Shown: piece after piece, positions 1 through 7,869 of the stretch | Position numbering within the stretch: the first letter of the stretch is position 1 | How the letters are laid out: each line of letters begins with the position of its first letter | Source of the DNA: a virus | Taxonomy: Duplodnaviria > Caudoviricetes | Virus record (IMG/VR): IMGVR_UViG_3300032030_002802 | Span: 32,001-96,000 of that record | Length of the DNA: 64,000 nucleotides | Direction: 5' to 3' (one strand) | Notes under the pieces: generated by a model | Database searches by the model: none | What the model saw: only the letters and a program-made list of their open reading frames with translations | What the model was told of the DNA's origin: nothing | Translations under genes and position numbers: made by a program

Positions 1-585
1 GGCGTTGGTTGCGGCCGCCGGCGCCCACCACCAGCTGTCCGGGATCCAGTTTGCCTGCGACGTCACGTACTTCTCCAGCGTTCCGTCCAGCGCGGCGCAG
101 AGTATCCACGCCTCGAGGCGCACGCGTGCCTCGCCCCGGGGCATCCCCTGCGCTATCTCGTCGTCCGTCATCTCGTCCACGTCCTTGGCCGGGAAGTTGC
201 TGGCCATGTACCTCTCGGCCCCGTTCGGGCGGGACAGGTAGTGCTCGCGGAACAGGTCGACCGGGTCCAGCCCCTGCTCGTACTCGGTGAGCCACGGCAG
301 TCCCGCGATGTCCACCTTCACGGTGGCCGTCTCCAGCGTCGGCACCTTGACCTCGCCGTTGCCTATTATGAACACATGCCCGACGAACGCGGAGTGCGCG
401 GTGAGGTCGAACTTCACCATGTCGGCGTGGCGGCCGTTCGTCCTGTACAGCTTCCCGTGGGTCTTGGCGACCTCCACGAGCCCGGAGTACACCGAGTCCA
501 CGTGGATTTTCCTCTGTTCCGGCTTCGGCTCGGCCATCTCGTCGGACAGCACGGCCGTGTCTTGCGGGTCTTGCTCTTCTTCCAT
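1..585 (-). CDS. Putative RT-partner protein (3' end runs off window; not in supplied ORF track)
   Basis: ATG at 585 preceded by AAAGGAG. Open for 195 codons to the window edge (MEEEQDPQD...LFREHYLSRPNGAERYMASNFPAKDVDEMTDDEIAQGMPRGEARVRLEAWILCAALDG...WWW). Lies directly downstream of array A. The partner role is inferred from context and recalled similarity. Confidence 0.7.
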   Translation of the reverse strand, partial: MEEEQDPQDTAVLSDEMAEPKPEQRKIHVDSVYSGLVEVAKTHGKLYRTNGRHADMVKFDLTAHSAFVGHVFIIGNGEVKVPTLETATVKVDIAGLPWLTEYEQGLDPVDLFREHYLSRPNGAERYMASNFPAKDVDEMTDDEIAQGMPRGEARVRLEAWILCAALDGTLEKYVTSQANWIPDSWWWAPAAATNA

Positions 586-614
586 TTCGGTTCTCCTTTG
601 GTTTGTCCCATTAG

Positions 615-1315
615 GTAGGCGGCCTGTTGGTTTGGCATTGGTCAGATTGAGACCTGGTAGAGGCCTCGGGCTGTGGGTAGACAGCTGGGCCGAAACCAGG
701 TCGAATGTCAGAGTCCGCCCTTCCTGGGTGTATGTCCGGCGTCCGGGTGTGTCCGGCGGGGTCTCCCGCGGAATGTGCGTCGTGTCGCAGATTGACAGCT
801 GAGAATGAGGCGACCGAGAGGATGGAGACCTCGACGGACGAGCGGTCGCCTTATTCCAGCTGAATGCAGTACGGGGTCCTCCCGCCGGCCTGTCTCGTCC
901 CGCACCGGTTTCCGGCCCTGTTTACGCAGCAGTGCGCAGATGCGCAGCGTGCTTGCCAGATCGGCGATCCTTCACGTGTCGGATCACCGATCTGGTGTGC
1001 ACGCCACGGTGGTCAGGCCGTCATGCCGGGAAGTCGTGCGCTTCCGCCGTTGTGGCTTCAGGAGCCCATAGATTGTGCGAGCCCCGTCCAGGGACATCGG
1101 ATGTGGATTGGCCCGGGCCATCCGATGTCACGGACAGTGCTCGTACGATGTACCTGGGCGTCATGCGCGTGTAGGCCGGGCTGCGCTTCGCCGCCTGTGT
1201 ACGGTCTATTGGTCAGATCCGGCTGGCCGAACCACGTGGTGTACCCGGCATGGGTAGACCGGGTGTACCACGTGGGGAGGCGCAGCCGTGTTCCAGCGGC
1301 ATCATGGCACAGTCT
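615..1315. ncRNA. Structured non-coding array A: 5 YAGAT-hairpin units
   Basis: YAGAT at 643, 788, 937, 1069, 1214 (spacing 145, 149, 132, 145). Each is followed by a long inverted repeat: 651-702, 796-862, 947-1004, 1075-1146, 1220-1288. No credible ORF. Confidence 0.85.
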
Positions 1316-1318
1316 CGC

Positions 1319-1603
1319 CTATTTCTTCCTGCCGGCCAGCGTCTTCCGCAGCAGCCGTTCGGCCCGCTGCATCGCGTATCTCCTCGCCCCTGGGCAGTTG
1401 CAGCCGCCGCTGAACCAGTGGCACTCGTACGGCGACACGAGCCCGGCCGAGTTCAGCGGCCTGTACCACTTGCACGCCTGGACGGTGAACCCGTCCTTCA
1501 CGCAGCCGTACGTCAGCCGCACGTCGTCCTCGCCGAACGCCTCGGGCGACACCTCAAGCGTCACCGTGCATAAGTTCATCCTGTTGTCGGTCGCCATCTC
1601 CAT
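1319..1603 (-). CDS. Hypothetical protein (94 aa)
   Basis: Start trimmed to MEMATDNRM, coupled to the stop of the upstream gene and preceded by AAAGGA. Confidence 0.6.
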   Translation of the reverse strand: MEMATDNRMNLCTVTLEVSPEAFGEDDVRLTYGCVKDGFTVQACKWYRPLNSAGLVSPYECHWFSGGCNCPGARRYAMQRAERLLRKTLAGRKK

Positions 1604-1791
1604 CAGTCCTTTCTCATGAGGTAGCAGCTGTGTATCGCGTCCTGCACCTTGGATATCGCCTGGTTCACGTACATGAATGCGGTAGCGGACCCCTCCACGC
1701 CGCATATGGACCGGCCTATCTCCTCCAGCCCGCGCTCTGCGCCGCGTAGGGACTCCTCGGCCCGCGCGACCGTGTCGCCGGTCTCGCTCAT
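1603..1791 (-). CDS. Small hypothetical helical protein (62 aa), translationally coupled to the RT
   Basis: ATGA overlap with the RT stop at 1788-1791; GGAGG upstream. Confidence 0.65.
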   Translation of the reverse strand: MSETGDTVARAEESLRGAERGLEEIGRSICGVEGSATAFMYVNQAISKVQDAIHSCYLMRKD

Positions 1792-3077
1792 GCGGTCACC
1801 TCCATCATCTCCGCCGTGTACACGCTCGGGCCGCACCGTGAGGCGCGGTACATCCGCATCAGGCTCTTGTAGCCCATCGTCCTGAGCATGTCGTCCGACG
1901 TCAGCGCCTTTGCCTTGCGGTGCTGGGTCTGCCGTCCGACGTACACGCCCTTGATGTGCTCCCTGATGTACTGGTCCAGCCTGCGCACCCGCGTCGGGTT
2001 GTCGATCACGCTGAAGAAGTAGCGCTCCCAGCCGAAGTTGCGCTGGTCGGCGTAGTGGCCGTCGCGCAGCAGCCAGTTGATCTTCCTGATGGCCTTGACC
2101 TGCTCCTCCCGGCTCTCCTTCGGGATGTACTTGTGCGGCCGGCAGATGCGCCGTATCTTGAGCTTGATGCGGTGGTAGCTCTCCTCGCTCATGTCGACCG
2201 TGCCGTTAGAGATCTCGCAGCCGAGGAACGTGAACGGGTGCGAGCTGTCGACCCGGGTGGTCTTCTTCTCGTTCAGCTTCAGGCCCTTCGCCGCCAGCAT
2301 CTCGCGCAGCGTGTCCAGCGCCTTGTCCGCGTCCGTCCCCAGCACCAGGATGTCGTCCGCGTACCGCAGGTACAGGACGTCCATGGCCGACAGCCGCTCG
2401 TCCACGTCCCTGAGGGCGAGGTTGGCGAGCAGGGTGCCGAGGGCGTTGCCCTGCCTGATCGCCATGTACCGCGGCTCCAGCTCGCCGTTGACGTACACGC
2501 GGTCGTCGTGGAAGTGCTTCCAGACGAGCGCGTCCACGGGGCTGCCGGTGTCCATGCTCTTCAGCGTGGCGTCCAGCGTCTCGCGGTTCACGCTGTCGAA
2601 GTACTTGCTGAGGTCGACCTTCCACCCACGGTCTCCGCGCCTCAGCCTTGGTATGAGGTCGCCGTGCAGGATCCGCTTCACGCCGATCCCGCGTTGGTAC
2701 GACCTGCACGACGGGTGTATCATCCCGCCGTACAGCCTGTTGTAGATCGCGCTCACGACACCGAGCACCAGGCCGTCCAGCGGCTGGCTCGGCGCGTACA
2801 GGGTGCGCACCTCCTTGAACTCCCTGTGCACCGCCTCCTTGTACGAGAGGTAGATGCCGGTAATCTTGTCGAGGTACAGGGTCTTCGGCGGCGACAGCGT
2901 GAAGCGCCCGTCGGCGATGGCCTGAACCAGCGCGGCGCGGCCGACCGTGTCGGCCACCGCCCCGAACGACTCCATGTCGATCCTGCGGCCCTTCTTCCTG
3001 CGGACGCGGTTCATCACGTCCTGCCAGATGGCCGGGTCGCACAGCATCTCCATTTTCTCGTCTTCGTCACTCATCAT
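1788..3077 (-). CDS. Reverse transcriptase, stand-alone unknown-group type (429 aa)
   Basis: RT motifs HPSCRSYQRG, WKVDLSKYFDSV, IRQGNALGTLLANL, YLRYADDILVLG, GLKLNEKKT and FTFLG. Start at 3077 (MMSDEDEK) with AGGAG at 3086-3090. Confidence 0.95.
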   Translation of the reverse strand: MMSDEDEKMEMLCDPAIWQDVMNRVRRKKGRRIDMESFGAVADTVGRAALVQAIADGRFTLSPPKTLYLDKITGIYLSYKEAVHREFKEVRTLYAPSQPLDGLVLGVVSAIYNRLYGGMIHPSCRSYQRGIGVKRILHGDLIPRLRRGDRGWKVDLSKYFDSVNRETLDATLKSMDTGSPVDALVWKHFHDDRVYVNGELEPRYMAIRQGNALGTLLANLALRDVDERLSAMDVLYLRYADDILVLGTDADKALDTLREMLAAKGLKLNEKKTTRVDSSHPFTFLGCEISNGTVDMSEESYHRIKLKIRRICRPHKYIPKESREEQVKAIRKINWLLRDGHYADQRNFGWERYFFSVIDNPTRVRRLDQYIREHIKGVYVGRQTQHRKAKALTSDDMLRTMGYKSLMRMYRASRCGPSVYTAEMMEVTA

Positions 3078-3099
3078 TGTCTGTTCTCCTTTTGTTGTT

Positions 3100-3965
3100 G
3101 TCCCGCCCTTCCGCGCCTGTGTGTGCGTTGTCGTGCAGATCGCCGTCGAGGCAGGATACCGTCGGGATCGGCATGGCCGATGCGACGGTATCTCGGGGGT
3201 CGACGGAGTGTCTCGGCGCGTCATGGGCGTACCCGCGTGCGCGCCTTCGGCATCGGCTATTCCGCCATGTGGCAGATCGGCCGCGGGCGAATCGGAGTCG
3301 CAGCGCCGGCGCGTGCTAGCGCGTGGGCGCAGCCATCCCCGTTTCGCCGCGGCTGTGCGTTGAATGCCTCCTGGCCCGCGTCCTGCATGTCCTGCGTGTC
3401 CGGCCGTGCGGCAGTGCGGCCTTCGGCACCCGTCCGTCAGGTGGCGGGTCAGATCCGTGTCGCATTAGGAGATGATGCGCATTCGTGCAGTCAGAGAATG
3501 CGCGTCATCTCCGTAACGACACAAAGGTGTCATGGTGTGCCTCGTGGCCTGCCCGGTCCTTCGGCGCGCGTCCCTTCGTCATAATGCAGATCGGAGGCAG
3601 CATTAAGCAGGTGATCACAGGGCGGTCGCAGTGTGATCACCTGCGTATGCTGCCGCGCGTGCAGGTGCGCCTCGTGGACTGGGTTCGGGGAATGGCCGGC
3701 GTCGGGGACGGTTCGTGCCATGTGGCTCAGATCGAACCCGGTGAAGGCGATCTTCGGCCAGGATGCTAGTCCTGGGCTAAGATCGCGTGAACCGGGTGAG
3801 TGGGCGGCCCCTCCTGCCGGCCTGGTCGGGCTGGGTTGGACGGCGCTTCCGCCGCCGTCTGCTGCTGGTCCCTTAGATTTGGCCGGATCCTTGGGCTCTG
3901 TCGGAGACGAACGGTCAGGTCGTATCCGTCGAGCTCCAAGGATCCGGGCGTGGATCGCGGCGTCG
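3100..3965. ncRNA. Structured non-coding array B: 6 YAGAT-hairpin units immediately upstream of the RT
   Basis: YAGAT at 3136, 3273, 3450, 3587, 3728, 3874. Hairpins at 3143-3206, 3280-3353, 3457-3522 (GGAGATGATGCGCATTC/GAATGCGCGTCATCTCC), 3596-3654 (GCAGGTGATCACA/TGTGATCACCTGC), 3736-3797 and 3883-3947 (CCGGATCCTTGG/CCAAGGATCCGG). Confidence 0.88.
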
Positions 3966-3995
3966 TGCGTCCGTGCGTCCGTGCATACGCCCGCG

Positions 3996-4652
3996 TCAGG
4001 TGTGCGTGGACCAGCTCCCGTACGGTGCGCGTTCGCCGCTTGGCAGGTAGTCGGCGTGGTAGATTATGCCGCCACACAGGCCGGGCCGGCGCGACATCGC
4101 CTCGCGCACGGCCGTGTCTGGCTGCGTTGCGGCCTTCATGGCCGTGTCGGCCTGGAACGTCCGCGAGACCCCCTCCTGTCCGAGCATGTCCGGGAGTTCG
4201 CTCTCGTCGAAGCCGTCCACCACCTCCTGCGTACGGCCGTCCCTGAAGATGTACCAGCACCGGTCGTAGATGTCCACGCGCTCGCGGGTGTACGGGTCGA
4301 TCCACTCCTCCCTGAAGAAGAACGAGTGCTGCGCCATGTCGGCGAACACGAACGTCTCGCGCACCGGCAGCCGGTCCTTCCAGTCGTGCGCCGTGTGGGT
4401 CTGCCCGTCCTGGAGGCGTATCTCCGACCCTTCCGGGAAGAACGGGCTCCTGTTGTCGATGGCGTCGGCGTTGGCCCTGTACCCGAAGCACGCGAGCAGC
4501 GTCCTCGCGGCCTGTCCGCGCTTTTCCTCCAGCTTTCTCAGCTCGGGGGCTTCGGTCAGTTTTGCGTTCCGGATGGCCGCGTCGAGCATCAGGTCCGCGT
4601 TTATCGCGAACTGCACGGCGGCGTGGAACTGCTCTGGGCATGTTATCGTCAT
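3996..4652 (-). CDS. Hypothetical protein, DUF4120-like
   Basis: FADMAQHSFFF and the C-terminal GGIIYH...WSTHT resemble DUF4120 phage proteins (recalled similarity). Confidence 0.55.
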   Translation of the reverse strand: MTITCPEQFHAAVQFAINADLMLDAAIRNAKLTEAPELRKLEEKRGQAARTLLACFGYRANADAIDNRSPFFPEGSEIRLQDGQTHTAHDWKDRLPVRETFVFADMAQHSFFFREEWIDPYTRERVDIYDRCWYIFRDGRTQEVVDGFDESELPDMLGQEGVSRTFQADTAMKAATQPDTAVREAMSRRPGLCGGIIYHADYLPSGERAPYGSWSTHT

Positions 4653-4653
4653 G

Positions 4654-4848
4654 TCAGTAGTCCGTTAGGGTTTGCGTCTCGTCGTCCGTCGCGTTCACCG
4701 GCTTCACGCCGATCAGCTCCAGCTTTGACAGGTCGGCGTTCTTGAACGCCTCCTCCGCCTGCTTGAACGCCTCCTGGGGCGTCTCGGCCAGGACGGCCAC
4801 GTCTATCCGCCCGTCAACGGCCAGGCTCACCGTGAATGTCTTGTTCAT
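4654..4848 (-). CDS. Small hypothetical protein (64 aa)
   Basis: MNKTFTVSLAVDG start with GAGGAG RBS and an A/C-rich leader. Confidence 0.7.
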   Translation of the reverse strand: MNKTFTVSLAVDGRIDVAVLAETPQEAFKQAEEAFKNADLSKLELIGVKPVNATDDETQTLTDY

Positions 4849-4879
4849 GTCTCTCCTCGGTTTTGTTGTTGTCGTGGGT

Positions 4880-5605
4880 TCCCGGTCCTGTTCATTCCGC
4901 CGTTCGTCAGATTCTGACGGCAGGTCGCCGCTTTGGTGGGCGCGGCCCTGGGGGAGCTCCGCAGCGCAGGTCACGGAGCGGAGGTGCTCCTCCTCGGGCC
5001 GCGCAGGGCGGCTGCCTGCCGGCTGATGGAATGCCGGTCATCCCTTTTGTTGTAGTTGTCTGGCTTCCGCGCTGTTGTTCTGTCTGTGTCGCAGATGGAG
5101 GATCAGCGAAGCGATGCCACGCCTCCTGAAGTCCCACGGAGGTGAGGCATCGCTGCCTGATCCGAATGCGGCGTGCGCGTACTGCCTTTTCCTGGTCGTG
5201 TTCGGCAGGCTCGGGCGGCTGTCTTTTCGCGGTTGGTCAGATCGCAAGGCAGGCTGAGGCTGAGCGGCGGTCGTAGCTAAACGATTTCGCGGCTCGCCGA
5301 GGCCTGCCTGGGGTGCATTCTCCGCCGCACGCCCGCCTCGGCTTTGTGCGCTTCTTTCGGGTTCCGCACCAGTGTCCTCTCGGTTAGGCAGATCGCGTCG
5401 TCGGCAGATCCAGAAGCCTCCGAGGTCGTCGGATGGCCTCTGGATCGCAGGGCGACGCACTGGATGGGTGCGTCTTCCCGGCGGCTTGGGCGCCTGTGTG
5501 TCGTTGATCCGCTAGATCGTCTGTCTTCTGAGTCGGTTCTCGAGACCTGCGGTCGCAGGTCGTGCGCGCGAATCGAGGAAGAAATACGGACGTGGAGCCA
5601 GCGCC
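4880..5605. ncRNA. Structured non-coding array C: 5 YAGAT-hairpin units
   Basis: YAGAT at 4908, 5092, 5238, 5389, 5513. Hairpins at 4918-5021, 5100-5163, 5247-5309, 5395-5458 and 5518-5592. Confidence 0.85.
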
Positions 5606-5646
5606 TCATGCCGCGTCGCGCGCCGTCACGTCGTCACGCCGCCGCG

Positions 5647-6306
5647 TCACCTGTGCAGGTCCATCACCACGTCGCCGGTCCCGAAGGCGCACTTGAACCC
5701 GCATCTCGGGCAGTCGCCGATGCACTTCGTCGCGTCCTTGGGCACGCGCCTGTCGGACCCGTCCTGCACCCAGCAGTTCCGCTTCACGTTCCTCTGGCGG
5801 GGCGGTGGCATGCGCGGCCACTGCGAGCGGAGCACGCGCAGGTTGTCCGGCAGCGAGGCGTGGTCGAGCCCGTCCATCTTCGAGTAGCCGTAGAACACGG
5901 TGCCGGGGTGGTCGCCGGCTATCCGCCTCCACATGTCCAGGTACTCCCGCGAGTAGAAGTCCCCAGCGACGTGGAGCCGCATCACCCGCGGCAGCGCCAT
6001 GTACAGGAACTTCCGGATGAGCAGCTCGGCGAGCGTCGGGTAGTTCTCCAGCATCCACAGGTTGTGGGTCCACATGTCCCACACGTTCGGGAACATGTCG
6101 CGTATCCGGTTGTTGTAGCAGCTCTTCGCGCAGTACCCGCGCAGCCTGGGGTTGCACGTCTTGACGTGGGGGATGCTCCACGACGGTATGTAGCCGATCT
6201 TGCGGTTGCCGGTGCCGATAGAGACGTACAGCTCGGGGCTGGCCGTGCCGACGATCTCTACGCCTTCCGCCCCGTCCACGTCCTCCGGGTCGATCCCCAC
6301 CTTCAT
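5647..6306 (-). CDS. Gp88-like Cys-rich protein (radical SAM-related phage family)
   Basis: GNRKIG..SWSIP..TC......C...CY, RLHVAGDFYS..Y...W, FYGYSK and C-terminal CxxxCxxC. Confidence 0.7.
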   Translation of the reverse strand: MKVGIDPEDVDGAEGVEIVGTASPELYVSIGTGNRKIGYIPSWSIPHVKTCNPRLRGYCAKSCYNNRIRDMFPNVWDMWTHNLWMLENYPTLAELLIRKFLYMALPRVMRLHVAGDFYSREYLDMWRRIAGDHPGTVFYGYSKMDGLDHASLPDNLRVLRSQWPRMPPPRQRNVKRNCWVQDGSDRRVPKDATKCIGDCPRCGFKCAFGTGDVVMDLHR

Positions 6307-6605
6307 GCCAGCACCTCCTTCCAGGTGTCCGTCACGTCGATGGTCCGCACGGTCTTGTACCGCTTCTCGTTCTCCCTGCGCGCCTTCAGCGTCTCCTGCC
6401 ACTCGTCGTCGCCGATCCCGTAGTATTCCTGCTCCTCGCCGAGGACGTCGAGCGCCGCGTCGAACAGGACGCAGTCCATGTAGGAGATCGCCTCCCCCCG
6501 CGCGCTCATGTCGACGAACCTCTTCTTGACCTGCCCGGCGGCCTCCCTGGACATCGTGTACTTGACCAGCGTGTCCATGGTCTCGATGTTCGACCCCGCG
6601 GTCAT
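6303..6605 (-). CDS. Hypothetical protein
   Basis: ORF with 4-nt overlaps to both neighbours. Confidence 0.65.
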   Translation of the reverse strand: MTAGSNIETMDTLVKYTMSREAAGQVKKRFVDMSARGEAISYMDCVLFDAALDVLGEEQEYYGIGDDEWQETLKARRENEKRYKTVRTIDVTDTWKEVLA

Positions 6606-6831
6606 CCGAACAGCTCCATCTGCACCAGCTTTGGGCGTTTCGCCGCTTCTTTGGCCAGCGTGGCCAGCGACTTGCCCGTCAGGGCCTTCAGCTGGGTGTC
6701 TATGGCCGCTCGGACGAAGTCGTCGATGGTCGAGCTGAACTGCACCCTGGCCGCGTGCTTGATGACCGTGTGCTCGACCATGGTGACCGCCGCACGCACG
6801 GTCGTCATGGGTTCTTTGCCTTCGGGTTCGC

Positions 6832-7455
6832 TCACAGCCTGTCCTCCAGCTCGATTACCTCGTACACGGTCCTGCCGCGCTTGTTCCTCTCGGCGGCGAT
6901 CTTGCACGCCTCGTCCTTGCGCTCCAGCAGCATGGCCTCGAACGGCGGCGAGTCCGTCACCGGCTTGCCTCCCACCAGCTTCAGGCCGACCTTGGGATAG
7001 GTCCTGCCGCAGAGGCCCGCGGGGCCGAGCCAGCCGACGGCGCGTCCGGACGGCGCTACGACGCGTATCGCGTAGCGCGTGACGTCCTTGGCCGTCACCG
7101 GGACCCGCTTGCCGTACACGACCTCGCCGGTCCGCACGTACACCCTGCCGTTCACGACCTCGATCTTCTCGAAGTCGTCGTCGTCCTCGCCGGACCGGTA
7201 TATCTCGCCGCTGAGCTTGATCCCCCGGGTCGACAGCAGCCGCTGGACGCGGAATGTGTCCTTGACGATGTCGTACCCGTGCATGTTGTAGCTGTCCGGC
7301 ACCACGTCGCCAACCTCGCCGCCGCAGTCCGCCGCATCGTCGCTGAGCGACGCGAGGACCCGCAGGTCGCACATGCCGTTTATGCGGTCGACGAGCTCCT
7401 GGGGTATCGGCTTGCTCGGGCTGAGCGAGCCCGAGAACGTTGAATTGTATCCCAT
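6832..7455 (-). CDS. Hypothetical phage protein
   Basis: AAGGAG RBS; MGYNSTFSGSL-type start. Confidence 0.7.
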   Translation of the reverse strand: MGYNSTFSGSLSPSKPIPQELVDRINGMCDLRVLASLSDDAADCGGEVGDVVPDSYNMHGYDIVKDTFRVQRLLSTRGIKLSGEIYRSGEDDDDFEKIEVVNGRVYVRTGEVVYGKRVPVTAKDVTRYAIRVVAPSGRAVGWLGPAGLCGRTYPKVGLKLVGGKPVTDSPPFEAMLLERKDEACKIAAERNKRGRTVYEVIELEDRL

Positions 7456-7464
7456 GTCGTCTCC

Positions 7465-7869
7465 TTAGAACGGGATGTCCTCCGGGTCGCCGGTCGCGAT
7501 GTTGGCGTCGGGCGGGTCTTCATGCGGGTCGGCTTCCTGCGGCTCGTTCCCGGCCCGTGGCGCCATGACGGCCCTGATGGCCGACATCGAGAGCACCCAC
7601 CGGCCGTTGCCGTTCCTGTCGGTGTACTTGTGCGACGTCAGCCGCGCGGTGCACGTGACGTGTCTTCCGAGGTCCAGCTGCTGGTCGAGGTCCGTCGCGT
7701 CGGTGCCGAACATCGTCATCGGCACGAACGCCTGCGCCCCGGCTTCGTCCTTCACGGACAGCACGACGTTGCGGAAGTACCCGTTGCCGTTCTTGTACGG
7801 CACCAGTTCGCCGATCTCCGCGATGTCGCCGGCCATCGGCGTCTCGGATATCCTGTACCTGTCGCTCAT
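7465..7869 (-). CDS. ssb: Single-stranded DNA-binding protein (OB fold)
   Basis: Beta-rich core with RLTSHKYTDRNGNGRW and an acidic tail ending EDIPF. Confidence 0.75.
   Translation of the reverse strand: MSDRYRISETPMAGDIAEIGELVPYKNGNGYFRNVVLSVKDEAGAQAFVPMTMFGTDATDLDQQLDLGRHVTCTARLTSHKYTDRNGNGRWVLSMSAIRAVMAPRAGNEPQEADPHEDPPDANIATGDPEDIPF

Noticed and set aside
1788-3077. RT as a group II intron maturase
   Set aside because: The stop codon overlaps the next gene (ATGA), leaving no room for domains V/VI. No interrupted host gene is visible, and the upstream region is a periodic array.
3078-3224. N-terminal 49-aa extension of the RT in the ORF track
   Set aside because: It runs through array unit B1; the strong RBS supports a start at 3077.
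1788-3965. Classical single msr-msd retron
   Set aside because: No NAxxH or VTG retron motifs (FLG instead), and there are 16 units rather than one.
4907-5041. 44-codon ORF inside array C
   Set aside because: It reads through the C1 hairpin with implausible composition; more likely a relic leader.
615-5605. CRISPR array, attC cassette array or terminator cluster
   Set aside because: No conserved direct repeat longer than 5 nt across all units and no cas genes. No integrase, GTTRRRY cores or cassette ORFs. The stems are too long for terminators and lack U tracts.
1-6300. Diversity-generating retroelement
   Set aside because: No TR/VR pair differing at adenines was seen in the window, and the RT has QGNALG instead of the DGR-type GNLTSQ. 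A target outside the window cannot be excluded.
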